This document shows, one piece after another, positions 11,701 through 23,767 of a DNA stretch of 64,000 nucleotides (position 1 is its first letter; the number at the start of each line of letters is the position of its first letter). The translations under genes and the position numbers were made by a program. The notes under the pieces are model-generated. The model saw only the letters and a program-made list of their open reading frames with translations, searched no databases and was not told the origin of the DNA. Origin of the DNA: Neophaeotheca triangularis (Eukaryota); assembly GCA_054600435.1 (NCBI GenBank), contig BAAIJX010000001.1, positions 682,001 to 746,000 of the forward strand, written 5' to 3'.

Positions 11701-14361
11701 GAGAACTCGTTTTCTCTAATCTACTATAGCATTATGTCGTTCTAACTAAGGAGTGCCTAGAATGATGTCATATCTAGCTATAGGCATAACATTTAGGACA
11801 ATTCGCTTATAATGCTTTTAGAAGATAAGTAGTAGTAGTACTGTTTCGCTATCTATATCAGGTAGTGATAAGCTGTCTATAGCTATTAGTTCATACCTAC
11901 TATCTGTTTTCTTCTAGGTAGCTAGCCTATACTAATATATGAACATTTCTAAGATAAAGTTTCTACTAGCTCTAGAATCTATTATAGTAAAGGTTTCGTA
12001 TCTGTCGATAGTACATGTTGTTCGGAAGACCATTCCTAATGCTATTTCATGTTAAGTATTTATGTTATTTAGTTCCTAACGCTCGCTCTTAGCGACAGGT
12101 CCTATTCGTTTTTTGAGAAGTAAGTAGATAAATCTGCTGTTTCGAGAGAGACTTCCTAGTAAAGGGGTCCATCCTAAGGTCTAATCGTAACCTTTCCTTA
12201 GATTATGTGTATAGTAATAGGTCCTTATGTAGTCGCCTTAATATGCCTAAGAATCATCTTTCGGTTAACTAGTAGTAGGAACTTATTATGTAGTATCATT
12301 ATCTATTAGTCTAAAGAATCCTATACTTATTTCTTCATTTCTTAAAGCATGATTTCTTCTTCTCTCTATTACTCCTATATGAGCTAGAATTCTCTATAAT
12401 GATTCTTAACTATCTTAACTCATTATCTCATTATGTATAGGATTCATATCCTATCTAGTATAATGTAGCTGTTTTCTCTATAGAAAGTGCTTCCTATTAG
12501 TAGCCTATCCTAGATAAAGGTAGTAGTATTATATTTGATAGCGACCTTTTAGTAGTCCTAGAACATTACTCGTAATCGTATGAGTATAGCTTCGAATTAA
12601 TTAGGTTCTAAGCGTCATTTACCTTAGATTACTAGGAACACTTCTTCATATAACCGTGCGATGTAGATAACTATTTTCTTGATTAGTCCTAGTCTATACA
12701 CAATGAACTCTACTATGTTATTATCGTCTAGTTCGTCATTGTTAGTATAGTCATATTTAGAGTCGTCTTCAGAATCTATCACTATCATGTCTTCTTATAA
12801 TTCTAGAATTTCTAGAGGCACTAATAGTCTTAAGGGGCTAATCTCTAGTGTTAGTATGATCATAGTAAGTTCCGGTGTCTAAGATATTTCTTCGTTGTCT
12901 AAGTTAGGTGTTAGTAGTACTATTATTAGTAATAGTGCTTAGTTTTCTTATAGTTTATTATCCTCCTATACAAATAGAGGTAGGGACCTTCCTTAGGCTA
13001 TATTGCTATCGTCCCTTAACTACTATAGTAGTTAGCGTCTTGACATTATGTTAAGTTCCTTCTAAGGCTTATATAGTTACTTAGATTCTTCGTCTATTAT
13101 GGCCTTAATCCTATTATTAAGATCTACTATCTGATTAGCTACTTAGATCATAAGGTTGAAGTGTTCTTTAGTCTACTCCCTATAACTAACTAAGTCATTA
13201 TGAAACTCCTTAAGCTTCTAGTATTACTCGATTAGCATATCTGTTCTAGACTTTAGGGTAACTCGTTTAATGACATTTACTTCCTTCTAAGGTCTAATAG
13301 GTATTCCGTTAGTTACTAGTCCCTGATTTTTATGCACTAAATAGTAATCCCTCTTATAAAACCTCTAGTGAAGTTCGTTGTACTCTAGTTCTTCATATGT
13401 TCTAGTAATGTCATAAGCTCTATAGCTCTTATTAGTAGGAGAGTCATTATCCTATTAGGTTAAAATCGCATTGACCTCCTATCGTAGGCATATCTGTTTC
13501 CTATAGTAGTCTTATGTATAGTGCCCTATCTTGTAGTAGTTATAGTATTCCGGTCTATTCCGTTTCTTACCTAGGGCATTCTGTTTACTCCGTCCTCTAT
13601 CCCTACCCTTCCTAGGATGCTATTATATAGAGTCGAGTTCTATCGCATTAGGATCGCGACGTTACTAACTAATAGGCTAGCTACTAGTAGTATAGCTAGT
13701 TCGTCTACGAAATTGTCTAGTGTAGTGTTTTTCCATAAACTATTCATAGAGCGCGTCGTTAACTTCGATCGCTAATTTAATCATTCTAGGGAGAGTTGAC
13801 TAATCGCCTCTATAGTATATAAGTTCGTCCTTCACGTTATCCTTAAGTCCTTAGTAGTACATAGTTATAAGAGCATTGTCGTCCTAGTTAGTCTTAGCTA
13901 AGTATTCCTAAAACTTAGTAGTGTACTAAGAGGTAGATGTTTTCTACATAAGGTACTAAATCATTTAGATAGCAACTTATTAATCGTTACTCAATCTATA
14001 GACATTATAGATAACCTTAACAAAAGACTTCTAGTTTAAGAATAGTCCTTTAGGGTCAATTCGTTCTATAAGGAAATCCGTAAGCTTAGGGCAGATCTAG
14101 TATTAAGCTTCTCCTCGAAGGAAAGAAGTAGTAGTAAGAGGTTACTTCTACTCGCTAACGCTCTCTATAAGAAAGAACATCATCATCTAGTTAACCTAGT
14201 TATCTAGCTTATTACATTCGCTATAGAAGTAGTCTAGTTTAGCAACCTTATTAGTTGTTATAGTCGATACTCCTTATTAAGTGCTAGCGATACTTATGTC
14301 TCGGTTATTAGATAGGGACATACTTACCTATTAATCTCTCTTTCCTAGAGGGTGTTTAAAG

Positions 14362-14780
14362 TGTTACGATCCTATAAGGTAGTCTTATAGGTAGAGCTCG
14401 TAGTAGAAGAGGAGAGATATCGAAGAAGGCTAGTAAGGGTATTTCCTTTATCATAAGGATTTTAAAGATATGTGAAGTGTCGCTATAGACCTTTTAGTAA
14501 GATTGTAATATGAGTTGAACACAATTCTCTACCTAGGAAATATTGCTAGCTATATATATAGGAGATTCGTGTTAGATTAGTCCTTAACTAATCTATCGTG
14601 CTCAGGATTAGACTAATCCTAAGTGTCCTAGCTTAGACTTAGTCTAAGTCTAAGCAAGTATATTTAGTTGAAGTCTAAGCGAATGTCTTAGCTAGTTCTA
14701 AGATTACATGTCTAGTAAGCTTTAGGGTTAGACCCTAGCTTAGTCTAGGGACTCTAGCTCTACTTAGCTTAGCTATAACA
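14362..14780 (-). repeat. 5' LTR of copy A
   Basis: TGTTACGATCC...TATAACA. Confidence 0.95.
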
Positions 14781-15212
14781 ATAGAATAAAGCGGAAGGAT
14801 ATGAAGACAGCCCCTACATTATAGCTATAGCGGTCTCGAAGATCAACGTAGGAGTGTCCTTACTACTAGCTAATGTTATCATGTTACTCGATAGGTTATA
14901 GTTACTAGAAGTAGACACCTAGTTAACTAGTCGAGTTAGGTATAACAAGGTAGTATAAATAGTAAAGCATACTGAAAGTTATCACCTTATCTTACACTTA
15001 TCTTACTATAGCCTTAGTGTCGACTTAGCGAAACGCTATATGAATATAGTAGACATCTATAAAGGTATCGAAGCTATAGCGCTAGAAATGAGGGCATAGA
15101 GGGATATAGATAAGGGAAATAAGGATACTACTATGACGGATACGTGAGGTAGGTTAGGTACTATAGTAGAGTGGTAGCTATCTATTACGTAGACTATAGA
15201 CAGCATTATTAG

Positions 15213-15560
15213 CTAGTAAAGAGATAGAGACATAATCATTAAACCGTTCGATATCTACGAATTAAGTGTACTATAACATTAAAAGGTGTCCTGGTTCATG
15301 AAATACAAACGAACCGGTTACTAGACTAGTATATAGTCTAGGAGGTACTTAAATATAAAGGTATATAACCTAATCAATGTATATATCTAGTAAAGAGATA
15401 GAGGCATAATCATTAAACCGTTTGATATCTATGAATTAAGTGTACTATAAGGTTAAAAGATGTCCTAGTTCGTAAAATACAAACGAACTAGTTACCGGAC
15501 TAGTATATAGTCTAGGAGGTGCTCGAATACAAAGGGTAGTAACCTAATCGATATATATAA
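15213..15560. repeat. Two tandem ~174-bp repeats upstream of the Plavaka transposase
   Basis: CTAGTAAAGAGATAGAG at 15213 and 15387. Confidence 0.9.
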
Positions 15561-18500
15561 CGATGACATGAGACATATAATATTGAAGAGGGAAACTTAT
15601 ACTACAAGTTAGGTTAATGAACTAATAGTATTATTCCTAAAACATGGGTGTTTTTCCTAAACTAGTCATTTAAGACCTAAACTAGGAACCAATTCAGGAT
15701 CTAGTTTAGGATCTATATAACTAGTTCGGTAATAATGACTTCCCCACAAATACATAGGTATATCTAGCGTAATTAAGGACAGATACATAGTAAATCTACA
15801 CTACTATAAATAGATTCTACTATACTAAGCATACCTACACTAAACACTAAAGATGACAACATTAGGAGCTTACTCTTCATATAGTAAGTCAAACTTCAAG
15901 AGGAGGGAAGGCCTAAAATAACATGTATAGGGCTATATATAATAGCGCGAACTAGTATCGTCCTATATAGACATACTATACCTAAGAGAACTCGAAGACT
16001 AAAGGGGCTATGATGATGAAGTTAAAGGTGAGTTTTACTACTCGAGTATATAACTAGTATTAACATGCAATGAATAAGGGGGATACTAACTCGAGGTAGT
16101 TAATGAAGCTAGCGCTATAGACCCTACATTTTCGATTAATAGGGACCATTATATGAATAATAATAGTTATACACTAAGTATATAGCCCTATAACTCTAGC
16201 CCTAAGGTAGACATAGTAATCATAAACGAATCTCGTTCGAACGCTACCCTTCCTTTAGTAGAGAGTAAAACCTAGAAAGACTATTCTACCTCTATAAAGA
16301 CTATATTATGTACCTATGAGATAGATACATTAGGTGTATTCGATGATATATATAGAGTAATAGATGAATTAGAAACGGAGTCTACTACATGTATAGAGGA
16401 CTAAGTAGAACAACTAGTGTTACTAAATGAAGAGGGGGATGTTAAACAAGACAATAGTAATGGTCTGAACCTAAGTACTAGTTCTATACTAATCGGTAAT
16501 AGGCGCCTTTCGTCCTCGATAAACGCTAGTAGTTATAAACATAAGCAGTATTCCGTTTAAACTAGGTAGAAAGCTAGATAATGTTTATATAAGTAAGTAA
16601 GACGTTACTATAATATAGCATTAGATGTAATAACTAGTATCTTTAAGGAACAAAACCGAACTGATACTAGTCACTAATCTAGGACCTAAATCGAGACCTG
16701 ATTCGAGACCTAATCTAGGACCTAATTTAGGACCTAATTCGAGACCTAATCTAGTAGCAAAATCCTGTTTAAGGGGATCGAGCCCTTATAAAGAGGACAA
16801 TATTACAGATAAAGACAGTACTTATAGGGTATTTAAGAGCGCGTTCGATCTAAGTTTCGTACATTAGATAATAGAGGAAAATATATTAGGGAGGGCGATT
16901 ATATGCCTACTTAGTGACCTAAACATAAGCCCCCTTCAAGATCTACTTAGTTAGAAGACAAGCGATAAGCTTAAGGTATATATAAGGACTATAGGCACTA
17001 AGCTAGTAACTAAAGCCTCTAACTAGTTTATGAGAGAAGTAGAAGTAGACTCCTCTCGAAGCGATATAGGAAAGACGAAGTACACACTCTGACATAGGAA
17101 CATCCTAGACAGTATATACTTCTTTATAGACCATAAAGGATTCGATATAGAGCTAACCTATAAGCCCTACTATATGTTTACAATAGGACAACTACCTAAA
17201 CAAATATATACCGATATAGCGTCTAGAGATTAGTAGTAGAACACATAACATAGAATCAACATAGATAGAGTAATAGTAGTGCTATTAATAGTAGTAAGTA
17301 ATAAGACTTAAGTTACAAATCACTTAGGCGACCTAGCTACCTATATAGTATACCTCATAATCGGTAACCTCGATACTAGTATATAGAATGCGAATAAGCG
17401 ACTAAGGAGCATATTGTTAGCGATACTACTAATAGTTAAGGAAGGTAATCTAGAGGACTAAACGAGACTATTCCATGAATGTCTCTAGGTACTATTTAAC
17501 CCTATAAGAGACTATATTAACGATAGTAGCTTTAAAGTAGAGTACACAGATAGTTAGACTAGACAATGTTTCCTAATATTAGCTATAATAGCTATTAACT
17601 ATAAAGAACAAGTCAAAATCATAGAGGTTAAAGCTAACTAGCATTATACAATATACATAATCGAACTAGGTAATAGAGAAGACCTCGAAGCTACTATGCT
17701 ATAGCGCTTACATGCCTAGAGCTAAGAACAGTACTAATAACAATGAACGGGGGCAATTAAAAAGGAAGACGACTTATAGGTACATGACATCAACTGTTTC
17801 GCTTTCGGACATAAGCACATTAACATCCATAAAACCATAATGGTCGATATCCTCTACTAACTCTTAAAAGGGATTATAATACATATATTACAATAGGCCA
17901 TAACTCTATTAGAAGACAAGATGTCTAAGAATGCTATACCCTAAGAGATAACATAATAACATGCCCTAAATGCATATTAAGGCTACTATAAGAAAACGGG
18001 TCCTATTTCTAAAACAAAGATAACTAAAGTAGTAGACAAACATTTTATAGTAGTACCTCCTTACCTAGGATTAAAGGTATTCTGCTACCTTTCGTCTATA
18101 AAGTAGTAGATAGGGAAAGAGAACAAGAATATCCTCTAGTAGCTACTACTAGTACTAACCCCATTACTATTAGAAGTAGGAGAACACGATGTAGTACGTT
18201 TCTTATAGGTAGTAATAGACTTCATATTGCTAGCGATGTACTAGAGCTATGATAAGGACACTCTAGGTTTCATGACCCTAGTACTATTTCGAATGAACTA
18301 GTTTAAGGAAGCATTTAGGAAGTACTACATTACCGTATAGTAGGGAGTCGACACTAGTAAAGGTCACTTTAATTTCCCTAAATAGCATGTTATGGTGTAT
18401 TACCTAGATATAATTCGAATATATAGGAATACCCTAGACCTTAACAGTAGCCATTTCGAGCATAAGCACATTAATTTCATTAAAGACTTGTTTAAGATCA

Positions 18501-18717
18501 CGAATAAGCGCCCTAGCTAGGAGACTCAAATATTCGAACACATAACTAGGTTGTTCTATCTATAAGTATAGTTCGATCTCGGCCTAATAGGAAGAGCTAG
18601 GAGTACTATAGAGCTCGCTAAGGACACTAGCTAGCTAGTATAGCTAATAGAGTTAGTAGAAGTCTATAGGTTCTTTAGATAGCCTACTTAATCGAGGGGG
18701 GTAAGAGCTTAGAATAG

Positions 18718-19136
18718 TGTTACGGCTAAGCTAAGTAGAACTAGAATCCCTAGTCTAAGCTAGGGTCTAACCCTAAAGCTTACTAGACACATAATCTTAG
18801 AACTAGCTAAGACATTCGCTTAGACTTCAACTAAGTATACTCGCTTAGACTTAGACTAAGTCTAAGCTAGGACACTTAGGATTAGTCTAATCCTAAGCAT
18901 AATAGATTAGTTAAGGACTAATCTAATACGAATCTCCTATATATATAGCTAGCGATATTTCCTAGGTAGAGATTTGTGTTCAACTTATGTTACAATCTTA
19001 CTAAAAGGTCTATAGCGACACTTTACGTATCTTTGAAATCCTTATAATAAAGGAAATACCCTTACTAGCCTTCTTCGATATCTCTCCTCTTCTACTATAA
19101 GCTCTACCTATAAGACTACCTTATAGGATCATAATA
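18718..19136 (+). repeat. 5' LTR of copy B
   Basis: TGTTACGGCT..., direct repeat of 32602-33020. Confidence 0.95.
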
Positions 19137-22100
19137 CTTTGAATACCCTCTAGGAAAGAGAGATTAATAGATAAGTATGTCCCTATCTAATAACTAAGAC
19201 ATAAGCGTTACTAGTACTTAATGAGGAGTATTAACTATAACAACTAATAAGGTTACTAAACTAGACTACTTCTATAGCGAACGTAATAAGCTAGATGACT
19301 AGGTTAACTAGATAATGATGTTCTTTCTCATAGAAAGCGTTAGTAAGTAGAAGCAACCTCTTACTACTATTTCTTTCCTTCGAGGAGAAGCTTAATACTA
19401 GATCTACCTTAAGCTTATAGATTTCCTTATAGAACGAATTGACCCTAAAGGACTATTCTCGAACTAAAAGTCTTTTATTAAGGTTATCCATAATGTCTAT
19501 AGATTAAGTAATAATCGACAAGTTACTATCTAAATGATTTAGTACCTTATGTAGAAAACATCTGCCTCTAAGTATACTACTAAGTTTTAGGAGCACTTAG
19601 CTAAGATTAACTAGGATAATAATGCTCTTATAACTATATACTACTAAGGACTTAAGGATAATGTGAAGGACGAACTCATACGCTATAGAGACGATTAGTT
19701 AACTCTCCCTAGAATGATCAAATCAGCGATTGAAGTTGATGACGCGCTCTATGAATAGTTTATAGAAAAACGCTACACTAGACAATTTTATAGACGAACT
19801 AGCTATACTACTAGTAGCCGGCCTATTAGTTAGTAACATCGCGATCCTAATACGATAGAACTCGACTCTATGTAATAGTATCCTAGGAAGGGTAGGGATA
19901 GAGGATAGGGTAAACAGAATGCCCTAAGTAAGAAACGGAACAGACCAGAATACTATAACTACTATAAGATAGGGCACTATATACGAGACTACTATAGGAA
20001 ATAGATACGCCTACGATAGGAGGTCAATACGATTTTAACCTAATAGGATAACGATTCTCCTACTAATAAGAGCTATAGAGCTTATAACATTACTAGAACC
20101 TATAAAGAACTAGACTATAACGAACTTCACTAGAGGTTTTATAAGAGGGATTACTATTTAGTGTATAAAAGTTAGGGACTAGTAACTAATAGAATACCTA
20201 TTAGACCTTAGAAGGAAGTAAACGTTATCGAACGAGTTACCCTAAAGTCCGGAATAGACGCGCTAATCGAGTAATACTAGAAGCTTAGGGAGTTTCATGA
20301 TAACTTAGTTAGTTATGAGGAGTAGACTAAAGAACACTTTAACCTCATAATCTAAGTAGCTAATTAGATAGTAGATCTTAATAATAGGATTAAGGCCATA
20401 ATAAACGAAGAATCTAAGTAACTATATAAGCCTTAGAAGGAACTTAACATAATGTTAAGACGCTAACTACTATAGTAGTTAAGGGATAATAGTAACATAG
20501 CCTAAGGAAGGTCCCTACCTCTATTTATATAGGAGGACGACAAACTATAAGAAAACTAAGCACTATTACTAATAATAGTACTACTAATACCTAACTTAGA
20601 CAACGAAGAAATATCTTAGACACTAGAACTTACTATGATCATACTAATACTAGAGATTAGCCCCTTAAGACTATTGATACCTCTAGAGATTCTAGAATCA
20701 TAAGAAGATACGATAGTAATAGATTCTAAAGATGACTCTAAATACAATTATACTAACGATAACGAACTAGACAACAATGACATAGTAGAGTTCATTATAT
20801 ACGGACTAGGTCTAATCAAGAAAATGGTCATTTATATCATATAGTTATATAAAGAAGTGTTCCTAGTAATCTAAGGCAAACGACGCTTAGAACCTAATTA
20901 ATTCGAAGCTATACTTATATGACTACAAGCAATATTCTAGGACTACTAAAAGGTCGCCATTAAGTATAACGCTACTACCTTTATCTAGGATAGGCTACTA
21001 ATAGGAAGCACTTTCTATAGAGAAAACGGCTATATTATACTAGATAGGATATAAATCCTATACATAATAAGATAATAAGTCAAGATAGTTAAGAATCATT
21101 ATAGAGAATTCTAGCTCATATAGGAGTAATAGAGAGAAGAAGAAATCATACTTCAAGAAATGAAGAAATAAGCATAGGATTCTTTAGACTAATAGATAAT
21201 AATACTATGCGATAAGTTCCTACTACTAGTCGACCGAAAGATGATTCTTAGGTACATTAAGGCGACTACACGAGGACCTATTACTATACATATAATCTAA
21301 GGAAAGGTCATGATTAGACCTCGGGATGGACCCCTTTACTAGGAAGTCTCTCTTAAAACAGCGGATTTATCTACCTACTTCTCAAAAAACGAATAGGACC
21401 TATCGCTAAGAGCGAGTATTAGGAACTGAACAATATAAATGCTCAACATGAAATAGTATTAGGAATAGTCTTCTGAATAACATGTACTATCGACAGATAT
21501 GAAACCTTTACTATAATAGATTCTAGAGCTAGTAGAAACTTTATCTTAGAAATGTTCATATATTAGTATAGGCTAGCTACCTAGAAGAAAACAGATAGTA
21601 GGTATAAACTAATAGCTATAGATAGCTTATCACTACCTAACATAGATAGCGAAACAGTACTACTACTACTTATCTTCTAAAAGCATTACGAGCGAATTAT
21701 CCTAGATGTTATGTCTATAGCTAGACATAATGTTGTTCTAGGCATTCCTTAGTTAGAACGACATAATGCTATAGTAGATTGGAGAAAACGAGTACTTATA
21801 TTCGATAGGTATAGTTACATTACTATAACCTACCCTATATACTAGTAGCAATCAATAGTAGATAAGAGAAGGCAGATCAATAAAACGTATCGCTAATCGA
21901 CTATAATATTAATATGAATTAGATCAGACTCTATAGGTACCGAACTAGCCTAAACGGACTAATAAGTAAGAGTTAAGGAAGGAAGTTATATACCTTTAGA
22001 TATCCCTAGAGAATTTAGGAAATAGAAGCGCCTTTTCTAGGAAGAGGAAGGAGTAGCTACTCTACCTAGACATTAACTATAGGACTACTGAATCGACATT

Positions 22101-23341
22101 CAGCCTAATATGAAAATACTATAGGGGCCACTTTATATACTATCTGAAAAAGAGCTCGAAAAGTAATAATAATAGCTAGATAAAAAAATAAAGAAAGGAT
22201 AGATTCGACTCTCTACTTTATTAGCTACTTCACTACCGTTTTTTGTTCTAAAGAAAGGAGGAAAACTATAAATAGTTATCGATTTTAGACGACTTAATGT
22301 AATTACTACAAAAAACCGTTATCTACTACCTAATATTAATGAGATGAGAGATCGACTTACTAGTTCACACTAGTTCACTAAAATCGATCTCTAAGATACA
22401 TTCTATTTAGTTAGAATAGTAAGGGGGGAAGAGTAGAAAACAGCTTTTCGAACGTGCTATAGACTTTATGAATTCTAGGTCATGCCTATAGGACTTACGA
22501 ATACCCTAGTAACCTATTAGTAACTCGTTAATGACATCCTATAAGACCTACTCGACATCACTATTATCGCCTATATCGATAACATATTAGTCTTTATAAA
22601 AGGATTATGAGAATAGTATACTAAGGACATATATATAGTATTCGAATGACTCGATAAGGTAGACTTTAGAATAGTACTAGAGAAATACGAGTTCTATAAG
22701 AAGGAAGTCGACTTTCTAGGCTTTATGATTAGTACTACTAGGATCTGAATAGACCTAAAGAAAACTCAATTAATCGAGGAATAGCTAATACCTAAGTTAG
22801 TTAAGGACATTTAAGCATTCCTTAGATTAGCTAACTATAATTGGAAATTTATGTAGGATTATTTAAGGCTTACTATATCTCTAACTAACCTTATAAAGAA
22901 AGACACACTATTTATATAGGGAAAGATTTAATAATAATCCTTCGATAAGCTTAAGGAGTTATGTACGACTACCCTTATACTAAGGATGTTTAACTCTAAG
23001 AAATCTATCTAAATCGAAACAGATGCCTCTAATAGAGTAATAGGAGCTTACCTTACATAGGAGGTTAAAAGTAAACGACACCCTATCACTTACTTCTTAA
23101 GGAAGATGTCACTAGTAGAATAGAACTACGAAATCTATAATAAAGAACTACTCATAATCATTATAGTATTACGATACTAGAGAGTATACTATAAAGGAAT
23201 AACTAGACTAACTATTTACTTAGATTATAAGAACCTATAATATTTCATAACTACTAAGGAACTATCATGCTAATAATGTAGATAGTTAGAGCTACTTAGA
23301 CAATATAAGTTCGATATAGTCTACACTCCTAGAAAGGATAA

Positions 23342-23767
23342 TGTTACGAACACTACGCTATGCCTAGCATATAACGAGGAATGCTTAGTGGAACCTATAG
23401 TCATAGGACAGAGCACATTCAGGTCACGTGACGAGCTCACCTCTACTTAGTGCTCACCTTTAACTAAGCACTACTAAGTAATAGAGTAGTGCTTACCTCT
23501 ACTTAGTGCTTACCTTTAACTAAGTATTATGGAGTAACAGATCATGATGATTAGAGATATGAATCTCCTTTATATTTAGGTAGCGACATTTCCTAGATAG
23601 AGATTTGTGTTCAACTTATGTTATAATCTTACTAAAAGGTCTATAGCGACACTTCACATATCTTTGAAATCCTTATGATAAAGGAAATACCCTTACTAGC
23701 CTTCTATAATATCTCTCCTCTTCTACTATAAGCTCTACCTATAAGACTACCTTATAGGATCGTAACA
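23342..23767 (+). repeat. 5' LTR of copy C
   Basis: TGTTACGAAC...CGTAACA, direct repeat of 30073-30498. Confidence 0.95.

Larger units (their letters stand above)
7639..14780 (-). mobile_element. Ty3/Gypsy chromovirus LTR retrotransposon, copy A (7142 bp), RIP-inactivated
   Basis: 419-bp LTRs at 7639-8057 and 14362-14780. PPT complement CTATCCCCCTTTC at 8058-8070. gag ATG at 14321. Pol order PR-RT-RH-IN-chromodomain (integrase remnant MDFIVKL at 9726). TSD imperfect (GGTAG vs ATAGA). Confidence 0.95.
6874..15147 (+). pseudogene. Accessory gene Z of the Plavaka element, split by retroelement A (~6874-7638 + 14781-15147), unknown function
   Basis: Plus-strand coding-like sequence on both sides of element A, ending KGNKDTxMTDT-TGA at 15147. 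Start uncertain. Confidence 0.35.
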
